The notes under the pieces are model-generated. The model did not search any database, was not told the origin of the DNA, and worked only from the letters and a program-made list of their open reading frames with translations. The translations under genes and the position numbers were made by a program. This document shows, in pieces, positions 63,340 to 64,000 of a DNA stretch of 64,000 nucleotides; the first letter of the stretch is position 1, and the number at the start of each line of letters is the position of its first letter. Source of the DNA: the human T2T-CHM13v2.0 reference genome, Homo sapiens; NCBI RefSeq assembly GCF_009914755.1, contig NC_060932.1. The stretch is one strand, 5' to 3'.

Positions 63340-64000
63340 TTTTTAAAAATATTAAAATGTACCATATAATTTAACAGATTTTTAAAAATTAAAAAGACAA
63401 GAAGAGAAACTGTAGAAATGAATGACAGCAAAGAGTGGGGTGGAGGAGCTGAAAGGCTCTACAGAGTGCACATAGGAAGGAAAAGGCAAGCTATGTACCA
63501 TCCCATAATGTGCAGCTCACACTTGTATGGTGATATGCAAATGGCAAATGCTGAATCCTCTAAGTCTGTTACTGTCTACAGACTGAAATTCAAAATATCA
63601 CTGGGCAATTATATGGCAGACAATTTTATCTCATATAATGAACTTAACAGTCCTATACAATAGTTATTCCATATCTATATTTTAGTATATGAAACAATTA
63701 AGCACAAAGAGACTCAGAGGTACCTAAAATCACAGAGCTATTATATACAGAACAAGCACACGACTGTATTCACTGCATATTCCTTTAAGCGAAATTTCAT
63801 TAACACTTAACTATACTTAGTGAATGCCTTGATCAGAATTTTTTTTAGACCACTCTGACTGGATGGCAGTATCAGGGATAGACTGAATTTTTAATAGGTT
63901 CATTACATTTAGCTTTCTCTTGGGTTTTATAAAGACCGCTGAACTGAATTCTATAGACTACCATAAAATATATCCTATTAGTAAAAGAAAATCTGGGATA

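Overview
Primate (almost certainly human) genomic DNA lying entirely inside PTK2 (focal adhesion kinase, FAK), which runs on the minus strand. Seven coding exons (80, 63, 55, 141, 78, 108 and 118 nt; 643 nt in total) all have GT-AG boundaries. They splice into one open frame encoding FAK residues ~V151-E365, which covers FERM F2/F3 and the start of the FERM-kinase linker. The rest is intron dominated by transposon fossils: about 22 Alu/FLAM copies, an internally deleted ~5.6 kb L1PA13-16-type LINE nested in an older L1, a 5'-truncated young L1PA, L2/MIR, Tigger3b, MER6A, MER20B, MER33, MER3, Charlie1, MADE1/2 and LTR remnants. I see no evidence of a new gene or a new biological system. The best leads are locus-level: in-frame skippable exons that carry FAK regulatory surfaces, inverted Alu pairs bracketing exon groups (circRNA or stop-less circles), a 3x72 bp repeat beside a splice acceptor, an odd fold-back/duplication cassette at ~29.3 kb, a strong CTCF-like motif and a pure 58-nt tail on an old Alu. 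Repeat subfamily names come from my recall of consensus sequences and their boundaries are approximate.
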